NCBI GenBank assembly: GCA_963790475.1
Contig: CAWBOS010000012.1
Coordinates: 768,001 to 832,000 of the forward strand
Direction: 5' to 3'
DNA length: 64,000 nt
Origin: an uncultured delta proteobacterium
Lineage (GTDB): Bacteria > Desulfobacterota > RBG-13-43-22
The position numbers and the translations under genes were made by a program. Below the pieces are notes generated by a model. That model ran no database searches. It was not told where the DNA came from and saw nothing but the letters and a program-made list of their open reading frames with translations. Each line of letters starts with the position of its first letter. Positions within the stretch are counted from its first letter, which is position 1. Shown piece by piece: positions 21,084 through 30,323 of the stretch.

Positions 21084-21632
21084 TTACCATAAATAGAAGG
21101 TTAAGCCGGCACTGACGATATAACCATTCGTTTTCAGGTCCTTAACTTTTTGATCGCTAAAGTTCAGGAAGTAGTAACGCAGATCAGCGTTAAAAACCAC
21201 ATTGGGGGCCAACCGGATATCAACCCCGCCCCCTAAGTGAGCGCCAAAGTCATTGGTCCAGGTGCTGCCCTGGCTATCTTCTACTTTAGAATAATACCAG
21301 CCAACCCCACCCAGGAGATATGGGGAAACCGGTGCCCCTGGTATGAGATAGAACAGGGCGGAAACCAAAACCGGGTAACTGGTGATCTTTCTATTGTTTG
21401 GAAAGGTCTCTTCCGGGTGGTAATCCACCAATCCTTCAATGGCCAGGGCCGGAAAAAGCTTCCACCGGGCCTGCAGTCCTCCGTAAAGCTTTCCGTCATT
21501 GGCATCCTCGGCTTTGTACCAGCCCCCTCGAATCCCCAGGCCGAATTTTCCGCCATCATCGGCATGGCTGACTACCGGATACAAAAATAACCCCAAGACC
21601 AAGAACATTAAAATTAACGTCGTTTTTTTCAT
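21084..21632 (-). CDS. Outer-membrane beta-barrel (OmpA/porin-like) protein
   Basis: Signal peptide, amphipathic strands, SPYLLGGVG, aromatic C-terminus AGLTFYLW. Confidence 0.8.
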   Translation of the reverse strand: MKKTTLILMFLVLGLFLYPVVSHADDGGKFGLGIRGGWYKAEDANDGKLYGGLQARWKLFPALAIEGLVDYHPEETFPNNRKITSYPVLVSALFYLIPGAPVSPYLLGGVGWYYSKVEDSQGSTWTNDFGAHLGGGVDIRLAPNVVFNADLRYYFLNFSDQKVKDLKTNGYIVSAGLTFYLW

Positions 21633-21859
21633 GTTACCCTCCTTTTTTCAATACTGTCCCTCAAGCCATGGATTTAAATTATCTTCTATGTCGGTAACCT
21701 CCGGCAGACTCCCCGACTAAATATCCACCCAAGGCTCCTAAACCGGCGCCAAGGGCAGCGCCTCCGAGAGTATTTCCTCCTACAATAGTGCTGAACAAAG
21801 CCCCTCCCCACGCGCCTCCTGTCCAAATATCTAACCTTCTCCAAAAAGGTCCAAAAGGA

Positions 21860-22009
21860 TTACAATGGTCTTCGTCCCCGAATGACTCGGATCAGTACTA
21901 CAACGATGGCGATGACCAACAGGATATGAATGAACCCACCAATCGTATAACCACTAATGAATCCCAAAAGCCACAAAATTGGGAGAATCACAAATATGGT
22001 CTAAAGCAC
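21860..22009 (-). pseudogene. lmo0937/DUF5670-type small membrane protein with a nonsense codon
   Basis: AGGAGG RBS, GTG start: ML*TIFVILPILWLLGFISGYTIGGFIHILLVIAIVVVLIRVIRGRRPL*; TAG (22001-22003) replaces the expected Trp3. Not in the ORF track. Confidence 0.75.
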
Positions 22010-22728
22010 CGCAGCCTCCTTTCCATCACCCAAAGTGCCTATTTTGTTTAATTCATTCCATGACGCACCATCGAAATAAAACTATCCTCTTTGTACTACA
22101 ATATCTTCATCATGGACCCCATGCCCCATGGGAACTGCGAAATATGAAATAGGATTCAGGGAGTCTAGTGAAAAGCAGTGAAATTAAAACTCTTGAACCC
22201 CCGAACTTTTTTTGAAATTATCGTTGAAAGTGACCTATGAAGTAAATAACGGGATTCCGGTATTTTTTCAGAAAAAATCATGTAGCTTGAAATAGATTTC
22301 CCTTCTTGAAGGCGAAAGACGATCCTTTTTTAGCCGGACCCTGGAAGAATACCGGGTCATTACCCATCGGCCAAGACGGTGAAGCCCCCAAGAAGGAAGG
22401 GTCTGCCAGTTCTTTTCCCCTTGACCGTGTCTTTTTTGTTCCTTATACTCTTCTCATTAAAACAAATCGTTATCAAATGGATGTGAACGCCGGCCCGCTC
22501 TGTCCTGGAAGCGTGGGTTTGATCTGAATATCCCGGGAACGTCCCCTCGACATGCCTTAAGATAAGTGACGGCAGCGATAGTGGCTGTGGCCGCATAGGG
22601 ATGTTCTTGAGGCCGTAGAACCATTCATGAGCACACCACCGGCCATCAAAATGGAGAAGAAGACGTCTATTTGCAGAACTAGCGGGAATTCATACGAGGC
22701 AGCCACTACTTAATGGTGAGGAGCCTTT

Positions 22729-24123
22729 ATGATTCTTGAAATGCATTGTCACACTGCCGAGCACTCCGGCTGCAGCCACGTGAGTGCTGCAATGGTTGCC
22801 CAACGCAATTTTGAGATAGGCTTGCAGGGTACGGTGTTTACTGATCATCATTACCTATGGCCGCCTGAGGAAATTAAGCAACTAAGGAACAAGATCAAAG
22901 CGCCCGACTATTATTTTGTCTTATCCGGTCAGGAGGTGGCTACCCCGGAACTAGGTGATGTTCTCGTCTACGGTGCGGATGCTTCAATCGAAAAAGGGAC
23001 TTCCCTGGAAAATATACGAAAGCATTTTCCCCCCGCGGCAATTATCTGGGCTCATCCCTATCGCCATGAAAATATCCCGGCCCACGACAAGTTATTTCAT
23101 CCCCTTATCGACGGAGTAGAAATATTCAGTTCAAATCATACGGTGGGCGAAAGCAGTCGAGGGCTGCGTGACTGGCATAATCTTAAGTTTACCGCTATTG
23201 CAGGAACCGATACCCATGCCTTAAGTTACGCCGGGCTTTATCCCACTATTTTTGACCATCTTGTCTCTAATATAGCTGATTTGGCTTTTGAAATCAGAGC
23301 GGGTCGCTGCCGTCCTTTTTTTAAAGAGATTCCTCGCGCGGGTTCCAGCAGTACCCAGGTAACGGAAATCACCGTCGGAACCGGCCGCCGCGGCGATATT
23401 CGCGAAAGATACGTCATTAAGAAACACGAAGATTTCAACGCCTGGCAATCCGCCTCCCGGAGGTCAAAAGTAATGGATGAGATCCGCCGCCACGGATTTG
23501 AGAAAGGGAAATTTCGTGTCCCGAAACCGCTGGCCAATGACCGGGAAAGCCTTACGATCATTGAGGAGGGAATCAAGGGCAAAACCCTTTTCGACAAGCT
23601 GGTTGAGTCCGAGCCACAGGAGGCCAGGGAATGTCTCGAAATGGCGGCCGAGTGGCTGGCTCGCCTGCACAACTGCCGGCTGCAAATTGCCCCGCCCGAA
23701 GAATTTTTCTCAGATGAAAAATCTCATCTCCAACGGTATCTCTCGGGTTTTTACGGGACCGGCCATCCTCATGCCCGAAAGGCCCAGGAGATTATGGACC
23801 GGGTCATCGAGGCCGAATTGTCTTTGTACGGCGGACACCCGGACAAGCTGATACAGGGACACGGAGATTACCATCCAAAAAATATTTTTATCGGGCAGGA
23901 TTCTGACGACCCCGTTTCCCGGTTTGTGGCTGCTATTGATTTCGGGAGCTCCTACACTATGCCGCCCGCCTCCGATGTAGGCACATTTCTTGCCCAGTTC
24001 AGAAACCAGCTTTACGGCCGGAAAGAGGTTTATGCCAAAGTCACCGAAAACGTCTTCCTCCAGAAATATCTGAATGAGGCTAAAGATTTGGATGATGATT
24101 TTCTCACCCCTTACTCCCCATAG
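22729..24123 (+). CDS. PHP phosphoesterase fused to an APH/choline-kinase-like phosphotransferase, probably C-terminally truncated
   Basis: LEMHCHT, TDHH, AHPYR, GTDTH; then WLARLH, HGDYHPKNI, IDFG. Confidence 0.8.
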   Translation: MILEMHCHTAEHSGCSHVSAAMVAQRNFEIGLQGTVFTDHHYLWPPEEIKQLRNKIKAPDYYFVLSGQEVATPELGDVLVYGADASIEKGTSLENIRKHFPPAAIIWAHPYRHENIPAHDKLFHPLIDGVEIFSSNHTVGESSRGLRDWHNLKFTAIAGTDTHALSYAGLYPTIFDHLVSNIADLAFEIRAGRCRPFFKEIPRAGSSSTQVTEITVGTGRRGDIRERYVIKKHEDFNAWQSASRRSKVMDEIRRHGFEKGKFRVPKPLANDRESLTIIEEGIKGKTLFDKLVESEPQEARECLEMAAEWLARLHNCRLQIAPPEEFFSDEKSHLQRYLSGFYGTGHPHARKAQEIMDRVIEAELSLYGGHPDKLIQGHGDYHPKNIFIGQDSDDPVSRFVAAIDFGSSYTMPPASDVGTFLAQFRNQLYGRKEVYAKVTENVFLQKYLNEAKDLDDDFLTPYSP

Positions 24124-24571
24124 ACAGAAGCGGACACACCATCCATCGGGTTGCCATTCGACAATTTCGTAAGCCACAAAATTAAGAGAATCACAAACAT
24201 GGCCCAAAGTGTGTTCGACTCCTTTCTGACAACCAGAATCCACCTGTCTATAAGGCAAAACTTGAAATAGGGTTATCCACATGTTTTTCACAAGAAATAC
24301 TGTATGCTGGGACCGGTTTCCCATGGACGAGACGAGGGCGACTTGCCTTTCAAACTTTAAAAATGAATCAACTCAAACTCAGTGGCGGCTCTTTGCGCCG
24401 GCAACCGGACCGAGGATGTCTGGCCTAGGGGATAAGGGCATCTTGATTTTTTTTTGACGAAGTATCCGCGAGATGTTACTATAAAAATCGATCATATCGA
24501 ACCATTTGTTCTCTCCGGTCGGGATATGAGAGGTCATAGCGACCAGCCAATCAAGGCATTGGAGGACTGAA

Positions 24572-25297
24572 ATGAATGCCGTATGGATACCCAATACACT
24601 TACCTTGGGAAGTCTCACCTGCGGCTTCGTATCGGTGGTCTATGCGAGCCACAGCTCGTCAGACGGTAGCATCATGGCCGCAGTCCTAATACTGCTGGCA
24701 GCGCTACTCGATGGACTGGACGGAGAGGTAGCCCGCCGGCTTGGCGTAGTAAGCCCCATAGGGAAAGAACTCGACTCTCTTGCGGACTGTGTCACTTTCG
24801 GGGTTGCCCCGGGTTTTCTCGCCTACAAGGCTTACCTGGGCGGTACCAGCCTGGCGCTGGCAGGACACACCATCGACCTGGGAATCCTGATCGCGGCCGT
24901 CTTCCCCGTCTGTGCGGCTTACCGGCTTGGGCGGTTCAATGTCCAGTCTTCACCGGGTTCCTTTAGTGGTCTTCCTTCGACCATCGCCGGAAGCTTGGTG
25001 GCGCTCACTCCACTCACCTTCCATACCACTGCCATCTCTAAGCCGGTTTTTTCCATCGTATTTCTTATTGTGGGATTTCTTATGGTCTCGACGGTAAGCT
25101 ATTCCAAACCTCAGTCCTATATTCTTAAGAATCTACATGGAATTAAAGCTGTAGGATTCATTGCCTTGCTTACCCTCCTTCTGCTCCGGTTCGGGTTCAG
25201 GATCATATTTCTCTTCATCTTTCTTTTCATCGCTATCTATGTGCTTTCAGGACTTCTCGGCTATATCATTAAAACCATCGAAGAGCACCGTTACTGA
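24572..25297 (+). CDS. pssA: CDP-diacylglycerol--serine O-phosphatidyltransferase
   Basis: IPNTLT, DGLDGEVARRL...GKELDSLADCVTFGVAP, RLGRFN, FSGLP. Confidence 0.88.
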   Translation: MNAVWIPNTLTLGSLTCGFVSVVYASHSSSDGSIMAAVLILLAALLDGLDGEVARRLGVVSPIGKELDSLADCVTFGVAPGFLAYKAYLGGTSLALAGHTIDLGILIAAVFPVCAAYRLGRFNVQSSPGSFSGLPSTIAGSLVALTPLTFHTTAISKPVFSIVFLIVGFLMVSTVSYSKPQSYILKNLHGIKAVGFIALLTLLLLRFGFRIIFLFIFLFIAIYVLSGLLGYIIKTIEEHRY

Positions 25298-25592
25298 TCC
25301 CGATAATCCGGACGGTACTTCCGGGTAGGCATTCGTTATCTCTGACTGCCGAAACGGAGTATCAATGAAGATCCTGTCGAAGATTATTTTGAGGCCTAAG
25401 GGCCTGAAGACCACCCAGGCCTATTTGGGCAAGATAATTTGGAGCATAGTTTCCTGAGCTCTTTATCTGTGATAAATTTGGAAAAAATCAAGATCGCAAA
25501 GGGTAATCAATAAAAGCTATTTTGCCAAAAAGTATGATATTGCTAATTTTATATTTTCTGGTAGCACAGACACGATATCTCCTATTATGCAA

Positions 25593-25685
25593 TTGGCTAA
25601 TGCGGCGTTGATCCGTGGCCCGCAGCTTGAGGGGGCCGAGGGTCCATTCAAGCAAGTGACATCGGTGTCCAATGGCCTGGTGGTT
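25593..25685 (-). other. Degenerate attC-like site
   Basis: Homologous to 26390-26480 (CTAATGCGGCGTTGA...GTGACA...GTCCAA.GGCCTGGT). Confidence 0.45.
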
Positions 25686-25737
25686 ACCGTTGCAGCGGAG
25701 CCGACCGGGACAGGGGCCCGACGGGGCAAGGCCGTTG

Positions 25738-26034
25738 TCATGGCAAGATTTCATCTATTGGCAGTATCTGCTTGCCGTGCCGAATTGTGAGGATTGATAT
25801 TTGTTTTTTTTCAATGCGATAAAGGATGCGGTAATTGCCGTAAATCAGTTCTCTAAATCGATTGTTTCTAATTCCAGGGACAACCCTACCGATTTCAGGA
25901 GAAGATTTTAAACGCGCCACTTTTGAAAATACCGTGTTAATCCATTTTTCTGCCGCGAAGGGTTTGTCTTGGGCTATATATTCGGCGATTTCCGAGGCCC
26001 TGTCAATGGCCAACGGTGACCAAATAATTTTCAT
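25738..26034 (-). CDS. RelE/ParE family toxin
   Basis: MKIIWSPLA..., PEIGRVVP, RELIYGNYRILYRI, TIRHG. Confidence 0.9.
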   Translation of the reverse strand: MKIIWSPLAIDRASEIAEYIAQDKPFAAEKWINTVFSKVARLKSSPEIGRVVPGIRNNRFRELIYGNYRILYRIEKKQISILTIRHGKQILPIDEILP

Positions 26035-26312
26035 TGTTGGACTCTTTTCAAGACTTTTCTCCTTGCCTCTTCATGAGCAATTCCTTGCCCGTTTTCGAGT
26101 TGATTCAGGGATGCCTGAACATCCGTCAAAAGTTCAAGTTTCTCCTGAATGGCTTCATATTCATGAGCATCCAGCAAAACGGCAACACTTTTTCCATGCT
26201 GGGTAATAATCACAGGTCTCTTTGTGTCATGAACTTGCTTTATGAAATTTGCGATAGCTATCCTTACTTCAGATAACGGTTTTATATCTTGATCAATTTT
26301 AACTCTTTGCAT
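26031..26312 (-). CDS. Phd/YefM family antitoxin
   Basis: DIKPLSEVR, RPVIITQHGKSVAVLL; 4-bp overlap with the toxin. Confidence 0.9.
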   Translation of the reverse strand: MQRVKIDQDIKPLSEVRIAIANFIKQVHDTKRPVIITQHGKSVAVLLDAHEYEAIQEKLELLTDVQASLNQLENGQGIAHEEARRKVLKRVQQ

Positions 26313-26340
26313 TTTGCACACCTCACATTGTCTATAAATT

Positions 26341-26361
26341 ATGTACATTATAACGTACAAT
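26341..26361. promoter_or_regulatory. Probable TA autoregulatory operator
   Basis: ATGTACAT-TATAAC-GTACAAT: TGTAC/GTACA palindromes just upstream of the antitoxin. Confidence 0.55.
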
Positions 26362-26389
26362 AAAAAGTATTTGCAAGGGATTTATTCAG

Positions 26390-26480
26390 GCCTAATGCGG
26401 CGTTGACCCGTGGCACGCCGCTTGCGGGTCGAAGTCTCACACCTACGAGTGACATTGTTGTCCAACGGCCTGGTTGATGC
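26390..26480 (-). other. Degenerate attC-like site
   Basis: Minus strand CATCAAC-CAGGCC-GTTGGAC...GGTCAAC-GCCGC-ATTAGGC, with the R' G mutated to A. Confidence 0.5.
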
Positions 26481-26636
26481 GCCTGCGGCGGTTCTCAAGA
26501 ACTTCGTCAAAAGGAAAATCGGTATCACCTCATCCCCTTTACCGTGCCTCGTCTCATTTACTCCCATAGAAACTTGCCTTTCCATCTTGAAAAGCCTGGC
26601 TGGAGTAATTAGATTGAATACAAATAAAAGTTAGGA

Positions 26637-27341
26637 ATGAGAGCCATGAAAAAAGACACCCATATCTCCCGACGTACCCTCCTGGCAGCAGCAGGCGGCG
26701 CTATGGTCAGTATCGGTCTGCCGGGGAGTTTTGTGAAACTCTTTGATTTTGAACAACAGGCCCTTGCCGCCCAAACCAGGCCTGACGGAAGGCCCCGTAT
26801 ACCCCCGGGTCAGGAAGCGATAAAAAAGATTCTTAATATGGGCGGTAGTCCTGGAACAGCTACAGTTGACAACTTTACGCTCCATATCAAAGGTGAGGTG
26901 GAAAAAGCACTTGTTCTTTCTTACGAGGACCTGCTGGCACTTGAGCAGGTTCAATTAACCTGTGATGTACATTGCGTTACGGGCTGGACTCTATTGGATT
27001 CCCATTGGAGCGGGGTCCGCCTGAGCACCATAATGCATCTGGCTAAGCTACGGAAAGAGGCCAATTTTGTTATCTTTAAGGCCGCTGCCGGTTATACCAC
27101 CAACATCCCTATAGCAGAGGCCCGCAAGGAAAATGTTATTCTCGCCCATAGTTTCTTTGGCCAGAAGCTTCCGAAGGAGCACGGCGGCCCTGTGCGGGCC
27201 CTGGTGCCCGACCGCTACTTTTACAAAAGCGCCAAGTGGCTGGAAGAAATTAAATTTACAGCCAAAGATGAGCCGGGATACTGGGAGAGTAATGGTTACA
27301 GCAATTCCGCCGATCCCTGGAAGGAAGAGCGCTATAGATAA
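26637..27341 (+). CDS. Tat-exported molybdopterin oxidoreductase (sulfite oxidase/MsrP-like)
   Basis: SRRTLL twin-arginine signal, RIPPGQ, DVHCVTGW, HGGPVR, YKSAKW, GYWE. Confidence 0.88.
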   Translation: MRAMKKDTHISRRTLLAAAGGAMVSIGLPGSFVKLFDFEQQALAAQTRPDGRPRIPPGQEAIKKILNMGGSPGTATVDNFTLHIKGEVEKALVLSYEDLLALEQVQLTCDVHCVTGWTLLDSHWSGVRLSTIMHLAKLRKEANFVIFKAAAGYTTNIPIAEARKENVILAHSFFGQKLPKEHGGPVRALVPDRYFYKSAKWLEEIKFTAKDEPGYWESNGYSNSADPWKEERYR

Positions 27342-27347
27342 CGCCGA
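27192..27347 (+). repeat. Direct repeat copy 1 (3' end of the molybdopterin oxidoreductase gene)
   Basis: Near-identical to 28090-28245. Confidence 0.9.
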
Positions 27348-27385
27348 AGGGGCCGTATTTCTGGCTGATTCGCTGCACAGCGTGG

Positions 27386-27721
27386 TCAGGCAATGATCTC
27401 GTTCAGTCCTTCAATGACCTGAATCAATTCTTCTTGAGAAGTCTTGCCAATAAGCTTTCCGATTCTTTCAATGGAGAGAGTTCGTATTTGACCGATCTTA
27501 GCCCATGATTGTTTTGGTAGGTTGCCCGATTTCAGTTCAAGTGTCAGAGGGAATCCTGCTTTCTGGGACTGGCTCGTGATAGCGACGGCTATGACAGTTC
27601 CAGATCGCTCGTTAAAGATATCGTGACTTAGGATCAATACTGGGCGGAGGCCAGCCTGCTCTCGACCTCGGGTGGGATTTAGGTCTGCCCATCGAATCTC
27701 GCCTCTTAATATTCCGGCCAT
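27386..27721 (-). CDS. PemK/MazF family toxin
   Basis: RGEIRWADLNPTRGREQAGLRPVLILS, QIRTLS.ERI; its stop lies in an attC-like GCCTGAC box. Confidence 0.9.
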   Translation of the reverse strand: MAGILRGEIRWADLNPTRGREQAGLRPVLILSHDIFNERSGTVIAVAITSQSQKAGFPLTLELKSGNLPKQSWAKIGQIRTLSIERIGKLIGKTSQEELIQVIEGLNEIIA

Positions 27722-27948
27722 TGGCTCACATCCTCGGTCATTCCTTCCTCAGCCATTGCCTTTTCAGCTACCCGGTCGAGTTTGGAACATTCAATCGCCA
27801 GTCGGCTTCGTTTGAGTCGCAGTAATTTCTCGCTAACCGCTTCTCGGATGGCCTGGCTGCGGTTTTGAAAAACGTGCCTCTTGACCAGTCGATCCAATTC
27901 GCCAATGAATTCCTCATCCAGTGTAATTGCTATCTTTTCTTTAGCCAT
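27706..27948 (-). CDS. Ribbon-helix-helix antitoxin
   Basis: KIAITLDE...LDRLV....NRSQAIREAV; GTATGA-N7-TCATAC palindrome upstream. Confidence 0.88.
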   Translation of the reverse strand: MAKEKIAITLDEEFIGELDRLVKRHVFQNRSQAIREAVSEKLLRLKRSRLAIECSKLDRVAEKAMAEEGMTEDVSQWPEY

Positions 27949-28023
27949 CTTATTGCCCTCCTATCCATAGTATGACATTATATCATACCGTCAACCATAC
28001 AAGCAATCACCATTTTTATTCCA

Positions 28024-28097
28024 GTCGTAAAGACGCGGTTAAGTAGGCAGCAAATCCGCTTCGCTCCTTTGCCGCCCACTTAACTGCTTGTACGGGC
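28024..28097. other. attC-like hairpin
   Basis: GTTAAGTAGGCAGCAAA...TTTGCCGCCCACTTAAC flanked by CGTA/TACG; abuts direct-repeat copy 2. Confidence 0.5.
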
Positions 28098-28245
28098 TCT
28101 TGTGCCCGACCGCTACTTTTACAAAAGCGCCAAGTGGCTGGAAGAAATTAAATTCACAGCCAAAGATGAGCCGGGATACTGGGAGAGTAATGGTTACAGC
28201 AATTCCGCCGATCCCTGGAAGGAAGAGCGCTATAGATAAAGCCGA
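28090..28245 (+). repeat. Direct repeat copy 2 (orphan gene 3' end)
   Basis: Encodes [16 protein letters not shown]...KEERYR*; the coding differences from copy 1 are synonymous. Confidence 0.9.
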
Positions 28246-28254
28246 CGGCTTTAT

Positions 28255-28318
28255 TTATAACACGGAGTTCACCGGGAAGCCCGGCTGTCGGGCGATCCGG
28301 TGGAACGCCTGGTTAGGC
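28255..28318 (-). other. Canonical integron attC site
   Basis: Minus strand R'' GCCTAAC-CAGGC-L'' GTTCCACC ... L' GGTGAAC-TCCGT-R' GTTATAA; the DUF2442 stop codon lies in R''. Confidence 0.8.
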
Positions 28319-28570
28319 GGCGGCTTGGGGATTTTCTTTGCCAACAATTTGCCATAGCGCTTCTATGGTATCTGCAGATAAATCGGCACCACAGTCCCAT
28401 TCAACGAAGTATCCCCCGTTGATAACCTTCATGAATTCGGTGGGGTTTTTAAGGGCTTCAAAGGCCTCATACTTCAGATAGGGACTGACATCAAAATTGC
28501 CGATGTGACCGTCGTCTGCGACGATGGACAACACCCAATTAGGTTGTGGTGAAATTCTTACTATTCTCAT
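28313..28570 (-). CDS. DUF2442 protein (TA antitoxin-like)
   Basis: FDVSPYL..., VEWDCGADLSADTI. Confidence 0.85.
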   Translation of the reverse strand: MRIVRISPQPNWVLSIVADDGHIGNFDVSPYLKYEAFEALKNPTEFMKVINGGYFVEWDCGADLSADTIEALWQIVGKENPQAAA

Positions 28571-28839
28571 TGGTCAAGTCCTTTGATTGGAAAAGGTTTC
28601 TTACCGTTTACCGCTAAGTTCCAGTCGGCAATCAAATCTTCTTGATGAATTTCAATCCAGGCAACGACCAGCTTGTGTTTGTTAGGTGGCAGTTCACCAG
28701 CCAGAAGCGTTCCGTCAAGAATTGAATAGATAGCAACTGCCCCTTGGTAATCGGCATGTATGTGTGGCACATGGTGTTTCTCGATATCTCGAAAGAACAT
28801 CCGGATGAGAATCCCATAAAACATCGAGATGGTCGGCAT
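28567..28839 (-). CDS. DUF4160 protein (TA toxin-like)
   Basis: MPTISMFYGILIRMF, HHVPHIHA, AWIEIHQEDLIADW. Confidence 0.9.
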   Translation of the reverse strand: MPTISMFYGILIRMFFRDIEKHHVPHIHADYQGAVAIYSILDGTLLAGELPPNKHKLVVAWIEIHQEDLIADWNLAVNGKKPFPIKGLDQ

Positions 28840-29203
28840 CTATTCTCCTTTTGATTAATTAAATAAGCCTCTAATCCTCTAACTTTATCATTTTATCCAA
28901 AACAATTCATCAAATATTATCAGGGCTTCTTGAACAATGGATTGAAACGACCTTTCAGGATCGTCTCAATCCTTAGTGGTTAGCTTGCGAACTTGATAAT
29001 TAATCATCCGCCTTTCTCTTCTCCGGAAACTTTTTATCAATGTCCCGACGAATGATTCCTTAATCCCCGCTTTCCCGGGCATGACACGTTTTAGGTATTT
29101 TGTTGCCGTTGTAATAAATGAGCCCTACGCCATCTTGCCTTTGTCTTGATTTCCTCTCTTATTACATAGTACAATTACCCGAAATTTTATAAAAAAGGAA
29201 CAT

Positions 29204-29980
29204 ATGTCAAAAATAAAAATCAGTGCTGAATTGTCGCATATTTGCCCGTTGACGGAGATCGTCCGGCAGGTCAGGGTTCTTGAAGACAAAGGATTTTATC
29301 GGGTCTGGGTCCCGGATACGATTGTATCACCCTGGGAGGCCTGGCTGGCGGCTTCTTTGATCGTCCAAAATACCACCAGGCTGAGAATCGGTCTTGGGGT
29401 GACCAATCCCTATACGCGTCATCCGGTGGTTATGGCCCAGATGGCTTGTACCCTTCAGACCTTGAGCCAGGGGAGATTAACCCTCTCTATCGGCAAAGGG
29501 ATAGCCCGTTTCCTGGAAAAGGCCGGGATAAGACAACATGAAAAGGCGGTTGAGGAATGTGTGACCATTATTCGTCACTTGATCAGCGGTGAGCGATTCA
29601 GCTTGGAAGGGGCGGCTTTTCATCTGGACGCCATCCGGTTAAGGACGGATCCACCGGAAAATAAAATTCCCATTTATCTGGCGGCCATCGGCCCCTCCGG
29701 TTGGGAAAAGGCCGCCCGGTTGGCCGACGGCGTTTCTACGATTTGGGGGGAAAAGATAAACGAGTTTCGTCATCAATACCTGGCAGGGAATCCGCTCCCG
29801 GTGGCGGTGCTGGTCCCCTTCTCTAAAACCAAGCCTGATTTTTTCCCGAATCAGCTTCAATCCGTCGAGATGCTGACAAGACGTGCGGCTGAACTGGAAG
29901 AGGCGGGCTTTGATGAAATCATCATCGCCTATGGGGACATGAAAGATCTGGAATTGGTCCCGAGCAGGTTCGGGGAATAG
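29204..29980 (+). CDS. LLM-class flavin/F420-dependent oxidoreductase (short)
   Basis: GFYRVWVPD, IGLGVTNPYTRHP, IPIYLAAIGP, ADG. Confidence 0.8.
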   Translation: MSKIKISAELSHICPLTEIVRQVRVLEDKGFYRVWVPDTIVSPWEAWLAASLIVQNTTRLRIGLGVTNPYTRHPVVMAQMACTLQTLSQGRLTLSIGKGIARFLEKAGIRQHEKAVEECVTIIRHLISGERFSLEGAAFHLDAIRLRTDPPENKIPIYLAAIGPSGWEKAARLADGVSTIWGEKINEFRHQYLAGNPLPVAVLVPFSKTKPDFFPNQLQSVEMLTRRAAELEEAGFDEIIIAYGDMKDLELVPSRFGE

Positions 29981-30064
29981 CGATTTCAGTGACCGATTAG
30001 CTCTGTTGTTAATCCCGCCCCTTAGTGTAGTGTCTCAATGACAGGTTTACAATAGTCCCGATCT

Positions 30065-30129
30065 GTCATTCCGGCGAAATCAGGAATGCAGGTTGAAAGG
30101 ACTGGATTCCGGATCAAGTCCGGAATGAC
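30065..30129. repeat. GTCATTCC...GGAATCC REP-like palindrome
   Basis: GTCATTCCGGCGAAATCAGGAATGCAG...CTGGATTCCGGATCAAGTCCGGAATGAC; relative at 31180-31247. Confidence 0.65.
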
Positions 30130-30323
30130 GACCTTGGAAAGCGAATACTGTTACATTACGTTAGCTTGATCGTCTTTCTTGACCTTGAACGAAATTGAAC
30201 GTTTTTCGAAGCCTTTGGTTTGTACGATAGAAGGACTTTTTCTGGTCGGTTCATTGATATTTGGCTTTTTCATGTTTATATTAAACAAATACGAATTCTA
30301 ATCGGTCGGAAGAGGGGCAGGGA

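Noticed and set aside
22001-22003. In-frame TAG as pyrrolysine or readthrough
   Set aside because: One-step TGG-to-TAG change at an expected Trp inside a decaying island; nonsense mutation is simpler.
24273-24281. Perfect DnaA box TTATCCACA
   Set aside because: Single box, no cluster or unwinding element; expected by chance in 64 kb.
24105-24360. Possible IS end or group II intron fragment truncating the PHP-kinase gene
   Set aside because: No partner IR, domain V or transposase motif recognisable.
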